This document shows positions 55,769-64,000 of a DNA stretch of 64,000 nt, piece by piece. How positions within the stretch are numbered: the first letter of the stretch is position 1; each line of letters begins with the position of its first letter. The stretch comes from Escherichia phage vB_EcoM_LNA2, in the sequence record MZ311865.1. One strand, 5' to 3'. The translations under genes and the position numbers were made by a program. The notes below the pieces were generated by a model. That model did no database searches. It was given only the letters and a program-made list of their open reading frames with translations, and was not told where the DNA came from.

Positions 55769-56185
55769 TTATGCAGCAACCATCTGCTTTTTAATAGCTT
55801 CAGGCAGTGATTCAATATATTCTGGAATTTTGGAAGCAACAATTTCGCCAGCTGCAATTAGTTGTTCGTCGGCATCAACACAATAGAAATCTTCCAGACG
55901 CTCAGAACCGTCTTTATCAAGAACGATTTTTCCGCCGGCTTCAATAGAATCTTTATAGTGCTTACGCATCAGATGAATCCACATATCAGATACATCGTTA
56001 TCAATAAAACCATAAATCATAAAACGAGTTTCTTGTGGCAAAGATTGGAGTTTTTTAGCACTTGCGTCATCACAATGCAGGACCCATGCTTTACGAACAC
56101 GATTATGGTTATGTGGGTTAGCGTCAGTACGGATAGAAGTAACTTTCAGATCAGCAGCAGTGAAACCTTTAGCAGTAGTAAACAT
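55769..56185 (-). CDS. rpbA: RNA polymerase-binding protein RpbA candidate
   Basis: 138-aa ORF between 45 and 46 as T4 rpbA; by synteny. Confidence 0.55.
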   Translation of the reverse strand: MFTTAKGFTAADLKVTSIRTDANPHNHNRVRKAWVLHCDDASAKKLQSLPQETRFMIYGFIDNDVSDMWIHLMRKHYKDSIEAGGKIVLDKDGSERLEDFYCVDADEQLIAAGEIVASKIPEYIESLPEAIKKQMVAA

Positions 56186-56197
56186 ATTATTTCTCTC

Positions 56198-56398
56198 TTA
56201 TTCGTAGAAGTCGGTAACTGTCCATGCGGAATTGCGATTAGACATTATTTTATTATACTCATCTTTAAAAGCAGATTTGAGCATTTGTTCAGTAACAATA
56301 TGTTCTTCACCTGAAAACGTATTGGTCAAAACATATTTTTTAATTTCAGGGACAACGAGAAGATGTTGACCGGTTGAATACTCCATGTTGTTCTCCAT
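56198..56398 (-). CDS. hypothetical protein
   Basis: 66-aa ORF. Confidence 0.4.
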   Translation of the reverse strand: MENNMEYSTGQHLLVVPEIKKYVLTNTFSGEEHIVTEQMLKSAFKDEYNKIMSNRNSAWTVTDFYE

Positions 56399-56440
56399 TT
56401 AATTTGATGTGGTCATTATAACCACATCATGTTAAAGCGT

Positions 56441-58129
56441 TTATGAAACAGTCATTACCGTAAATCGTCCAACTTTGCTCATCTGAAGATGTTGTCCATA
56501 CCGTTGAGGGTCATGGTCTCGATGAGAGATAATGAACACATTAGTATTTTGTAAACTTCCAAGAATGGTATCTATAGCCTTAACAGCCTCAGAATCGACA
56601 GCACCATCAAAAACCTCATCAAGAATCAGAGTGTTGATTTTAACACCAGAGACCTTTTCAGCAATATCTCGCCATGTAAACAACAATGCGATATCGATAC
56701 GTGCCTTTTCACCTTGACTAAATGAAGCATAGCTAAAATCTTCACGACCACGTGATTTTATAGATTCATTGAATTCTTCGTCAATAGAAAACACGTAATC
56801 AGCTTCCATGATTTTAAGATAATGATTAATCTGCTTGTTGAACAGAGGCACATATTTTTTAATGATAGCACCTTTAATACCAGAATCTTTTAACATATCT
56901 GTGATAATACCACGATGGTATTTTTCAAGAACGATATCCGATTTTGTTTTAATGATTTTATCAAGTTCTTTTTGAAGCAAAGCTATCTCATCAGCATGGT
57001 CGATAAATTCCGCCGAGGCTTGTTCTATTGCAGCTTTAACTTTCTTAGCTTTATCAATAGTGGCAATCATTGCTTGTTTCTTGGTACGAATATCAGATGC
57101 AAGGTCCTGTTTAGTCTTAACATTAGCTCTATATTCGTCCACTAGGACACTCAGATTATCTCTGTGATAGGTAAGTTGCTCGAATGAGTGATTACATTCA
57201 TGAAGCTTATCGGTAATCTTAGAGACAATAGGATCGCCCTGATGCAACTGTGATGCACAAGTAGGACATGTACCGCCATCATGATACATCTTAATAACTT
57301 TGTTATATGAGTCAATTTTAGATTTAATCAAGAATGCTTCTTGTCCTATCTTGTTGAATGCCTCAGTAGGGTCTTCATCAAGAACGATATTAAGTAGTCG
57401 CTCATTAGCTTCTTCGATTTCTGCTTTTAATGAACGAGCTTCTTTGGCTAGGTCGTCATACATATTCTGTAGACGCGCTACATTATCACCAGATAATTTC
57501 TTTTGACGTTCGATATTCTCGTTATAAATCTTAATTTGTTGGATAATACCATCTTTCTTGGCATCGAGAACTTGTCCCTGGGAATTAAGTTCTCGAACTT
57601 GAGACTTATTGATTTTATCCATTTCAGCGAGTGTGCCGACTTCTAAAAGGTCTTCGACAAGTTTTCTACGAGCAGGGGTGCTAAGAGCCATGAAAGGGGT
57701 ATACCCTGCCGTCCCAAGCACAACGATCTGTTTAAAAGACGCGTATGACATTCCGATGCTACGTTCAAATTCTTCTTGGAAGTCACGACTGCTGGCAGAT
57801 TCATCAAGACGAACACCGTCAACGGAGATTTCGAAAATATTGGGCTTTTGGCCACGTTTAATGAAGTATTTTTTATCATCGAATTCCATCCAAAGCTCAA
57901 CTAAGAGCTCTTTCTTGTTCGTGCTATTAATGATTTGTCCTTTCTTAACATCACGAAATGGTTTACCGAAAAGTCCGAAAGTAATGGCTTCTAACATCGT
58001 AGATTTACCACCGCCATTTTTACCAGTGATTAATGTCTTTTGGACTTTATCTAATTGGATATCAATAGGATTCCCACCTACCGACATGATGTTTTGATAA
58101 CGAACACGATTTAATTTAAATGATTTCAT
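56441..58129 (-). CDS. 46: recombination endonuclease subunit gp46 (Rad50/SbcC-like ATPase)
   Basis: 562 aa; Walker A GKNGGGKST, coiled-coil centre with CPTC zinc hook, signature and Walker B at C-terminus. Confidence 0.9.
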   Translation of the reverse strand: MKSFKLNRVRYQNIMSVGGNPIDIQLDKVQKTLITGKNGGGKSTMLEAITFGLFGKPFRDVKKGQIINSTNKKELLVELWMEFDDKKYFIKRGQKPNIFEISVDGVRLDESASSRDFQEEFERSIGMSYASFKQIVVLGTAGYTPFMALSTPARRKLVEDLLEVGTLAEMDKINKSQVRELNSQGQVLDAKKDGIIQQIKIYNENIERQKKLSGDNVARLQNMYDDLAKEARSLKAEIEEANERLLNIVLDEDPTEAFNKIGQEAFLIKSKIDSYNKVIKMYHDGGTCPTCASQLHQGDPIVSKITDKLHECNHSFEQLTYHRDNLSVLVDEYRANVKTKQDLASDIRTKKQAMIATIDKAKKVKAAIEQASAEFIDHADEIALLQKELDKIIKTKSDIVLEKYHRGIITDMLKDSGIKGAIIKKYVPLFNKQINHYLKIMEADYVFSIDEEFNESIKSRGREDFSYASFSQGEKARIDIALLFTWRDIAEKVSGVKINTLILDEVFDGAVDSEAVKAIDTILGSLQNTNVFIISHRDHDPQRYGQHLQMSKVGRFTVMTVS

Positions 58130-58380
58130 ATGTATTCTCTTCGAATGAAGTCCTCTACATATTTTAACATGTCATCTCTATCAGCAAAATACTCATCTAG
58201 TTCTGCATACATAACAACACCTGGTGCGTACTCGCAGGTAACATACATTGTTCCAAAGAAACGAGGAGTTGATTCCTCGTAATTCTCAGTCCATTCAACG
58301 ATACCAATATAACCATCACCAATACTAAATTCATGACGATGGATTTCATAATCAGTCTTCGTCATTATACGCATCCTCAA
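58126..58380 (-). CDS. hypothetical protein (46.1 position)
   Basis: 84-aa ORF coupled to gene 46. Confidence 0.45.
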   Translation of the reverse strand: MRMRIMTKTDYEIHRHEFSIGDGYIGIVEWTENYEESTPRFFGTMYVTCEYAPGVVMYAELDEYFADRDDMLKYVEDFIRREYI

Positions 58381-58609
58381 TACACGCTTCAGCCATTTTA
58401 AGAATAGATCCAGGAGTATCGTTGTCCATTATATTAAAGCTAAATTCAATAGCCCAGTCGGTGCAGACATGAACTGCTTTAACTTCATTGCCTTCAACGC
58501 GTAATGGCTCAATCCAATACTTGATAGTGTTCTCGAATCCATCATCATCTTTAACGTCCATTTCAACTTCAAGCCCGAGCCCAGCATTATTAAATTCATC
58601 TAAAGTCAT
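58352..58609 (-). CDS. hypothetical protein (46.2 position)
   Basis: 85-aa acidic ORF. Confidence 0.45.
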   Translation of the reverse strand: MTLDEFNNAGLGLEVEMDVKDDDGFENTIKYWIEPLRVEGNEVKAVHVCTDWAIEFSFNIMDNDTPGSILKMAEACIEDAYNDED

Positions 58610-59625
58610 TGTGTTGCCTCAATATAAAGTTCGTTGGAATATTTGACCAGCGCTTCTCTGTCTTCGTCTGAGATATCTGGAATCGCGTCAATATATTCTT
58701 TAATGATATCTTGAAGTGATTTAATCTCGATTTCCTGGTCGTCATCAGATTCAACACTGTTATCAACTTTAGAAACCATACGAAGAGAGTGAACTACTTT
58801 TTCAAGTTCAGATTCAAACTTAGTCAACTCTGAATCAATTTCTGATACTATAACACGTACGGCTAGATTAGTATAATCAGAATAATTGATTTTGCCTTTA
58901 AACGGATAAGTGATTCGTCTATGCCATGTTGTTTCATTAGGAATAAATTCCATACGTTCAACATCAGTGTCAAATACCCAGAATCCGCGCGGGTCATTCT
59001 CATCACCTGCAGTAAGGGTCCATGGTGTCCCAATATATTTGACGTTAGCAGCTTCAGAGATTGTGTGGAAGTGGCCAGACCAGACTTGTTTATAGGTCTT
59101 TAAGAAATCAGGTTCAAGCCCATGAGACTTCATTCCTTTATAGAAATAAAAGCCGTTCAGTTCCCAGTGACCAACACAATACGCAGCAGAAGAAGTCTTG
59201 ATGTGCTCTAAGATTTCACCTGTATTTTCTTCACACATCCATGGAACGATATCAATCAGACATCCGTCAAAATCTACAGTAGTTGGATGCTCGTAAATAG
59301 TAAAGTTTTCAAATTGAGTCAACAATTCAGAAACAGTGTTAGGTGTTATTGTATTCTTAAACGCCATGTCATGGTTTCCTATCGTGACATGAACGTGAAT
59401 GCCTGCTTTAGAAATCATATCAACGATTTCACGATTGAATTCCATTGTACGATGTGTTATTGCTTTACGGACGTCAAACCAATCACCGTACTGAATCCAA
59501 GTTTTAATCCCGTGTTTCTTAGAGTATTCAATTGCTTGTCGAATACCATCACGTTGAATATCTTGAACCCATGGGTCGTCTTGTTTGACTCCGATATGGA
59601 AGTCGCCTAAGTGCAAAATTTTCAT
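58606..59625 (-). CDS. 47: recombination endonuclease subunit gp47 (Mre11/SbcD-like)
   Basis: 339 aa; phosphoesterase motifs LHLGDFH, GDWFD, GNHD, GHWE/GHFH. Confidence 0.9.
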   Translation of the reverse strand: MKILHLGDFHIGVKQDDPWVQDIQRDGIRQAIEYSKKHGIKTWIQYGDWFDVRKAITHRTMEFNREIVDMISKAGIHVHVTIGNHDMAFKNTITPNTVSELLTQFENFTIYEHPTTVDFDGCLIDIVPWMCEENTGEILEHIKTSSAAYCVGHWELNGFYFYKGMKSHGLEPDFLKTYKQVWSGHFHTISEAANVKYIGTPWTLTAGDENDPRGFWVFDTDVERMEFIPNETTWHRRITYPFKGKINYSDYTNLAVRVIVSEIDSELTKFESELEKVVHSLRMVSKVDNSVESDDDQEIEIKSLQDIIKEYIDAIPDISDEDREALVKYSNELYIEATQ

Positions 59626-59670
59626 ATTATTTCCTCATTAGTTAATTCATTTTATCATCCGTTTATAAAG

Positions 59671-59697
59671 CAAAAAAAGGAACTCCGAAGAGTTCCT
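59671..59697 (-). terminator. intrinsic terminator (UUCG hairpin + U-run) upstream of gene 47
   Basis: Plus A7 then AGGAACTC-CGAA-GAGTTCCT; minus strand hairpin then TTTTTTTG. Confidence 0.5.
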
Positions 59698-59869
59698 ATC
59701 CACATAGTACACCGTACAGAGGCTCATTTGAACTTTTAAATCGAATGGGCTTGTACGTAATAGTTCCTTCGGCTTTAGCTTTATCATAAGACTCTTTAAA
59801 ACGTCTCATTCTTTCTGCTTTGCCTTTACGGATTTTATCAAAATTTTCAGAAGTCAGGATGTTCGTCAT
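59696..59869 (-). CDS. small basic protein (57 aa)
   Basis: Hand-translated MTNILTSENFDKIRKGKAERMRRFKESYDKAKAEGTITYKPIRFKSSNEPLYGVLCG; not in ORF track. Confidence 0.3.
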   Translation of the reverse strand: MTNILTSENFDKIRKGKAERMRRFKESYDKAKAEGTITYKPIRFKSSNEPLYGVLCG

Positions 59870-59908
59870 GCATAAGCACCTCTCAGAAAATGCCTAAACC
59901 GATTTCTC

Positions 59909-60130
59909 TCATCGTTTCCACCATTTCTTAACTTGAAATGAATCGACCCACACGAGTTGTTTTGGGTCTGCCTTTACAATAGGCGGACAAATTTCTGTAA
60001 TAGAACCGTCGTGATATTCCTTTTCAGAAATTTTAACACAAAGAGGACCTCCCAATTTAAGGGTGAACCCTGCGTTCAGCTTCAGACGTTTAAACTTTGT
60101 TTGAACTAGCGCCATTAATGATGTCCTCAA
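59909..60130 (-). CDS. hypothetical protein (start uncertain)
   Basis: 73-aa ORF overlapping next ORF by 40 nt. Confidence 0.3.
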   Translation of the reverse strand: MRTSLMALVQTKFKRLKLNAGFTLKLGGPLCVKISEKEYHDGSITEICPPIVKADPKQLVWVDSFQVKKWWKR

Positions 60131-60413
60131 TAGCCTGACGAGTAGTAACCCACTGGATTTTAATTAACTTGTCATTATACGGTTGTCGTAGAATATCCCG
60201 AGATTTCTTAATAGCATATTCGTAAGCTTCGAAGTTGTTTTGAATTGCTGCTTCTTGAGCATGAGCATAAAGACGGTTTAGTTCAAAACGATTCTTTTTA
60301 AGAATCTTTTCGGATTTTTTACGTGCTTCAGCTTCATTTTTCTTTTGGATTTCTTGTAGCATTTTAGCTACTGCATCTTCTGCTTCTTTATTTTCAATAA
60401 TCTCGGTAGTCAT
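60090..60413 (-). CDS. hypothetical protein
   Basis: 107-aa ORF, Lys/Glu-rich. Confidence 0.45.
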   Translation of the reverse strand: MTTEIIENKEAEDAVAKMLQEIQKKNEAEARKKSEKILKKNRFELNRLYAHAQEAAIQNNFEAYEYAIKKSRDILRQPYNDKLIKIQWVTTRQAIEDIINGASSNKV

Positions 60414-60414
60414 A

Positions 60415-60624
60415 TTATCTCATTAAATTAAAATAAAAACGTCCATCCTCTTCAATACAGAACTCATATTCAACTGGAGTCCCGTTTATCGAAAATGACA
60501 CGTCATGTGGGTTCAAAGGGTCGATGTCAAAATTAATTTTAAATTCACGACCCAACAGTTTTACCAAATAAGGGATTGCTTCGTCAAAAGGTTCTTCTAA
60601 GTAGTTAGAGATGTCAATTGTCAT
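60415..60624 (-). CDS. hypothetical protein
   Basis: Track ORF 60415..60708; internal ATG 60622-60624 reduces overlap with gene 55. Confidence 0.4.
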   Translation of the reverse strand: MTIDISNYLEEPFDEAIPYLVKLLGREFKINFDIDPLNPHDVSFSINGTPVEYEFCIEEDGRFYFNLMR

Positions 60625-61171
60625 CCTCATATAAAAAATCCAAACTAGGCGAATCGCTAACAACTTCCTTCTTTTCAGCCCCAGGAGCTTTATAAGCGGA
60701 TTCTTCATAATGCGTCATTTTATCGTAGATGTCTTGAATAAACGTTTCATCTACCAACGCTACCATATCATCGTCATGACTGTCGTAGACATTATGAACG
60801 AAGTAACTATATTTCTTTGCAACTTCCTTACGTTCTTTTTTGATACGTTGGACAAAAGCATTAAAACAAGCTCGAGTTATGTATGCATGTGGGTTATTGT
60901 ACTTAGTTTCGTCGAAATTATGAAGTCCCTTAATAGAGGCTTCAATCCCATCTGCAATCATCTCCTGCTTCCAAGACTGGGTATATCCTGAAAAGTTGAA
61001 ACGTTTGGACAGGCCTTCGGCGATAAGCATAATTGCTAAACCGATGGTATCATTCTGACGAATAATTTTGTTTGGGTCTTTATTATTTAAGAGCTCCTTT
61101 TTCCACTCGATTATAGCGGCGAGAAGCTCTTTATTATTCACATAGTTATTTTTAGGTTTTTGTTCAGTCAT
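60614..61171 (-). CDS. 55: late-promoter sigma factor gp55
   Basis: 185 aa; ...[77 protein letters not shown] near-identical to recalled T4 gp55. Confidence 0.9.
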   Translation of the reverse strand: MTEQKPKNNYVNNKELLAAIIEWKKELLNNKDPNKIIRQNDTIGLAIMLIAEGLSKRFNFSGYTQSWKQEMIADGIEASIKGLHNFDETKYNNPHAYITRACFNAFVQRIKKERKEVAKKYSYFVHNVYDSHDDDMVALVDETFIQDIYDKMTHYEESAYKAPGAEKKEVVSDSPSLDFLYEDDN

Positions 61172-61243
61172 AAGTACCTCTTAGCTCAATTCATAGGTCT
61201 ATTATATCATAATATTTAGAGACCTATCTTAAAGCACGAGATA

Positions 61244-61513
61244 CTATCGGAGCAAACAATAAGCCTGAAACACTTTTTCCATTAAACGTTTGAACTCATG
61301 GATATCGATATAAAGCTCAGTAAGACCGGCATTATAAAGAAAATCTAAAAAGTTCTCATGTGTTTCGTTATAGTCGCCTTCGTTTAATTTAGATACATGA
61401 GTTTCCCAAAAACCAACACCTTTAACGAATGGAAAATACGTGACTTTCATATATTCGTCAACATAAAATTCGCCCAGCTTTTCTTCAGTTATACTGATTC
61501 GAGTTAATTTCAT
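61244..61513 (-). CDS. hypothetical protein
   Basis: 89-aa ORF. Confidence 0.45.
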   Translation of the reverse strand: MKLTRISITEEKLGEFYVDEYMKVTYFPFVKGVGFWETHVSKLNEGDYNETHENFLDFLYNAGLTELYIDIHEFKRLMEKVFQAYCLLR

Positions 61514-61737
61514 TCTAGTTCCTTTGCTGCTTCAAGAGCATCATCCAACGAATCAAATTGGTCAACGAAATCGATATTCAACGCATCGTCAGCCGTAGCA
61601 TATAGCCACCATTGTTTGAATTCATATTCTAGGATAAATCCAAGCCCTTCAATCTGAGAAAGACCTAGGCTATTTGTACCAACTTCGTAACCAGCTAGAC
61701 GCAGGTCATTAATCAAAGATTCTGTTAATACGCTCAT
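61510..61737 (-). CDS. hypothetical protein
   Basis: 75-aa acidic ORF. Confidence 0.45.
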   Translation of the reverse strand: MSVLTESLINDLRLAGYEVGTNSLGLSQIEGLGFILEYEFKQWWLYATADDALNIDFVDQFDSLDDALEAAKELE

Positions 61738-62066
61738 TTTACCGCCTTAACAATTTTCAGGTCAACGAATTTTTTCTTACGTTGATTTTTCATACGACGG
61801 ATAGTCTTTTCAGAGATTTCATGTTTCTGATAAGCTTTAGATTCAACACCAAATGCAGCAACATCAAATTCAGAAAGAATATATTGTACTAGAATTTCAC
61901 GAATAGAATTACGTCCAATTTTCTGGTCGTGTTTTTGCATGATTTCATAAAGACGGAATTCCCACGCGTCAAGAACTTGAGGAGTAACAATATTGCCGGA
62001 TTCCAGAAGAGCAACAACTTTATCGAAAGCGAAAGAATTAACTACATTTTTGATTTTAGTAGACAT
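61734..62066 (-). CDS. hypothetical protein
   Basis: Track ORF 61734..62105; ATG 62064-62066 has GAGGAAAA SD (MSTKIKN...); longer ORF would start inside promoter repeat. Confidence 0.45.
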   Translation of the reverse strand: MSTKIKNVVNSFAFDKVVALLESGNIVTPQVLDAWEFRLYEIMQKHDQKIGRNSIREILVQYILSEFDVAAFGVESKAYQKHEISEKTIRRMKNQRKKKFVDLKIVKAVK

Positions 62067-62095
62067 ATTATTTTCCTCGGTTATTTTATTATCCA

Positions 62096-62129
62096 ATGAG
62101 AGCATTATACTCTGCTCTCAAGAGTTTGT
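62096..62129 (-). repeat. 34-bp exact repeat, copy 2 (promoter-hairpin module)
   Basis: Identical to 17363..17396. Confidence 0.7.
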
Positions 62130-62132
62130 GCA
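62104..62132 (-). promoter_or_regulatory. early promoter-like element (TGCACA-N17-TATAAT)
   Basis: Same -10/hairpin as ndd promoter; -35 diverges just outside the repeat. Confidence 0.4.
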
Positions 62133-62372
62133 TTATTCCGTGATAAGATAATGTAAATAGTTTGCTTGACGAACACTGATATCAACACCCATATCAAAGA
62201 TACCTTTATAGAACGGGTATTTGTTTTCAGTAGAATCTAGACTAAAAGCCTTTCCACCACAACTAACGGTAATAGCATCAGTTAAAGTGTCATATACAAA
62301 CTTAATAGTTGAGCCATTCACTACGACTTCAAGACGTTTTTTCGATGTAATAACGTCTAATTCTTGTTCCAT
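62133..62372 (-). CDS. hypothetical protein
   Basis: 79-aa ORF. Confidence 0.4.
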   Translation of the reverse strand: MEQELDVITSKKRLEVVVNGSTIKFVYDTLTDAITVSCGGKAFSLDSTENKYPFYKGIFDMGVDISVRQANYLHYLITE

Positions 62373-62435
62373 GATATTTTCCTCATTTTAAGACGATAGG
62401 AAGATAATAACATGACTTCCTATCGTTGTATATTA

Positions 62436-62648
62436 TTATCCGAACTTTTTAGCGCCTTTCCAACCTTCGTACATAGCTGCGCAAGTCAATAGCACGGCAT
62501 GTTGGCATTCTTTGTATTTGTAAATCCAGAACCAGCGTAAGAAGTCTTCATCCTCAACGCCGTTGAGTTTCATATTGGCAAAGAATTCGGCACGTTCTTC
62601 ACGAAGCTTTTGCGATAACATAGATTCAGGATTCATTTTGTGTTCCAC
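62436..62648 (-). CDS. hypothetical protein
   Basis: 70-aa ORF. Confidence 0.4.
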   Translation of the reverse strand: MEHKMNPESMLSQKLREERAEFFANMKLNGVEDEDFLRWFWIYKYKECQHAVLLTCAAMYEGWKGAKKFG

Positions 62649-62860
62649 GCCCCATTTTCATCGATGAACTTAATCCAGTCATTTACAGACCATTTAGTTG
62701 TATCACCCTTTGGATTAACATTTAAAGTATATAATCCCTGCTTAAAAAGCATTCGTTTGATATTCATAATTTCCTCAACTGTAACGATAACATTCGTTAG
62801 CTTTACGTTTGGCTTCAGTATGAGAAGTATTATAATCATACTCTTCTTTACTGTAAACAT
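62633..62860 (-). CDS. hypothetical protein
   Basis: 75-aa ORF. Confidence 0.4.
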   Translation of the reverse strand: MFTVKKSMIIILLILKPNVKLTNVIVTVEEIMNIKRMLFKQGLYTLNVNPKGDTTKWSVNDWIKFIDENGAWNTK

Positions 62861-63068
62861 CTTTTTTCAACTTACGAACTTCTTTGCGGAGTTGTCGATT
62901 CATTTCATTCTTGACTTCAGAATCAACGCCTTTCATACGTTTCCATTTATCTGAGCGGAAAATGTTTTCAACCATGTCTTTGTGGCTAACACCGTCAGGA
63001 GCTTTACGCTTACCAAAATAGTCGTAATCGCGAACTTTCAAATCTTTACGACGATATGTTTTACCCAT
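62775..63068 (-). CDS. hypothetical basic protein
   Basis: Track ORF 62775..63095; ATG 63066-63068 with GAGGT SD (MGKTYRRKDL...). Confidence 0.4.
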   Translation of the reverse strand: MGKTYRRKDLKVRDYDYFGKRKAPDGVSHKDMVENIFRSDKWKRMKGVDSEVKNEMNRQLRKEVRKLKKDVYSKEEYDYNTSHTEAKRKANECYRYS

Positions 63069-63075
63069 AAGTACC

Positions 63076-63324
63076 TCAGAGGTTGATTGATACAACGCGT
63101 TTGATAAAATTCACTTCACTTACTGAAAGGTCTTTAAGACCGATTGATTCTAAACGCTGAGTAAGCGTCAACATCGGGATATAATCCCAATGAGTTTTAG
63201 TTGCTTGATAAGTACGAACTCCATTAGCAATTTCAACGTTCAAATCGGAAATGGTAATGAATATCGGACGCTCGTCATTAACTTTAAGGGTTAGAACAAC
63301 TTTCTTTGAATCTAAACTAATCAT
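63076..63324 (-). CDS. hypothetical protein
   Basis: 82-aa ORF. Confidence 0.4.
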   Translation of the reverse strand: MISLDSKKVVLTLKVNDERPIFITISDLNVEIANGVRTYQATKTHWDYIPMLTLTQRLESIGLKDLSVSEVNFIKRVVSINL

Positions 63325-63503
63325 GACTTAATTTCCTTCGCAATTGAACAGAAGATACCACGGTCACAAAGCATTTCACCAATTTCTGGATATTTGATTG
63401 AACGGTACCAAACATCCAGGCTTGAAACTCTGGTTATCTGTATGGCATTACCATTGACAGAATAGTACTGGTCAACCTTAATTTCTTTATCTTCAATTGT
63501 CAT
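63321..63503 (-). CDS. hypothetical protein
   Basis: Track ORF 63321..63665; ATG 63501-63503 with GAGGAAA SD (MTIEDKEIK...) preferred; long N-terminus is hydrophobic run through promoter region. Confidence 0.35.
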   Translation of the reverse strand: MTIEDKEIKVDQYYSVNGNAIQITRVSSLDVWYRSIKYPEIGEMLCDRGIFCSIAKEIKS

Positions 63504-63669
63504 TTTATTTTCCTCTATAGTAGATGGTTTAATCTTAACACATCTATTGAGGATGTAAACTGTTTTATGAAAATATTTTTTGATTTGAGAGGGGCACAAG
63601 GAGATAGTGAAGTGAAGATTCCAATGGATTATATTAGAAATGAGATAAAGAAGACCAGGCGGCACCTGG

Positions 63670-63978
63670 TCAATCTTCTATGATATCAGAGTCATATCCT
63701 AATGAAATCAAGGTCTTTTTAAACTCTGCAATATTCTTTTGTTTCTTATCATTTAAAAATATGACAGGATAACGAATATTAAGTGAAGTGAATCCTGCAC
63801 GTTTAGCAAGAGATACGATTAAAGGACGGTCATATTCAATCTTACCATTATTAGTGAGGACTTTATAAAATGTATAAGGGGCATTGAGCTCCTTTAAAAG
63901 TTTTGTAACAGTATAACATCCTGGACAACGTCCTACTTCTTCAGGGATGCCATAAATTTCAATCTTGTTGTGTTCCAC
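63670..63978 (-). CDS. nrdH: glutaredoxin-like redoxin (NrdH-like)
   Basis: 102 aa; N-terminal CPGC redox motif (IEIYGIPEEVGRCPGCY); located beyond gene 55 as T4 nrdH. Confidence 0.5.
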   Translation of the reverse strand: MEHNKIEIYGIPEEVGRCPGCYTVTKLLKELNAPYTFYKVLTNNGKIEYDRPLIVSLAKRAGFTSLNIRYPVIFLNDKKQKNIAEFKKTLISLGYDSDIIED

Positions 63979-64000
63979 AATTATTCCTTACCAAAAACAG

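Noticed and set aside
57609-58097. Plus-strand 162-aa ORF antisense to gene 46
   Set aside because: Antisense frame within conserved Rad50-like gene
1-64000. tRNA or other structured ncRNA genes, integrase, transposase, homing endonuclease
   Set aside because: No cloverleaf-like candidates or recognisable motifs (GIY-YIG, HNH, DDE) noticed by eye; a proper tRNAscan/HMM search is needed to be certain

Overview
This window is a contiguous segment of a T4-like (Tevenvirinae) myovirus genome, assigned by recall of T4/RB69 protein sequences and by gene order; no database search was run. The plus strand carries the late long-tail-fibre module (genes 34, 35, 36, 37, 38 and holin t) with TATAAATA late promoters and UUCG-tetraloop terminators. 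Almost everything else is on the minus strand and follows T4 early/middle gene order: 59(partial)-33-dsbA-rnh | asiA, motA, 52, ndd, denB-like, rIIB, rIIA, fused 39/60 topoisomerase, dexA, dda, srd-like, modA/modB, soc, 56, 61, sp, imm-like, dmd, 41, 40-like, uvsX, 42, 43, regA, 62, 44, 45, rpbA, 46, 47, 55, nrdH-like. The 903-aa DNA polymerase matches my recollection of RB69 gp43, so the phage is RB69-like. The most interesting content is accessory. A four-gene sugar-nucleotide cassette (SIS isomerase, fused nucleotidyltransferase/anomeric kinase, HAD phosphatase, Cys-rich enzyme) is inserted between genes 42 and 43. A GT-B glycosyltransferase sits in the T4 gene 60/mobA slot, and the T4 alpha-gt and beta-gt slots hold unrelated genes. 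Together these point to a non-glucose hmC DNA hypermodification pathway, most plausibly arabinosyl-hmC as reported for RB69. Other notable features are many GTTTAC-N18-TATAAT early promoters, several embedded in stem-loops, duplicated promoter cassettes, a three-gene paralog array, and an accessory island around dmd. No rRNA, tRNA, CRISPR array, transposase or homing endonuclease was recognised.
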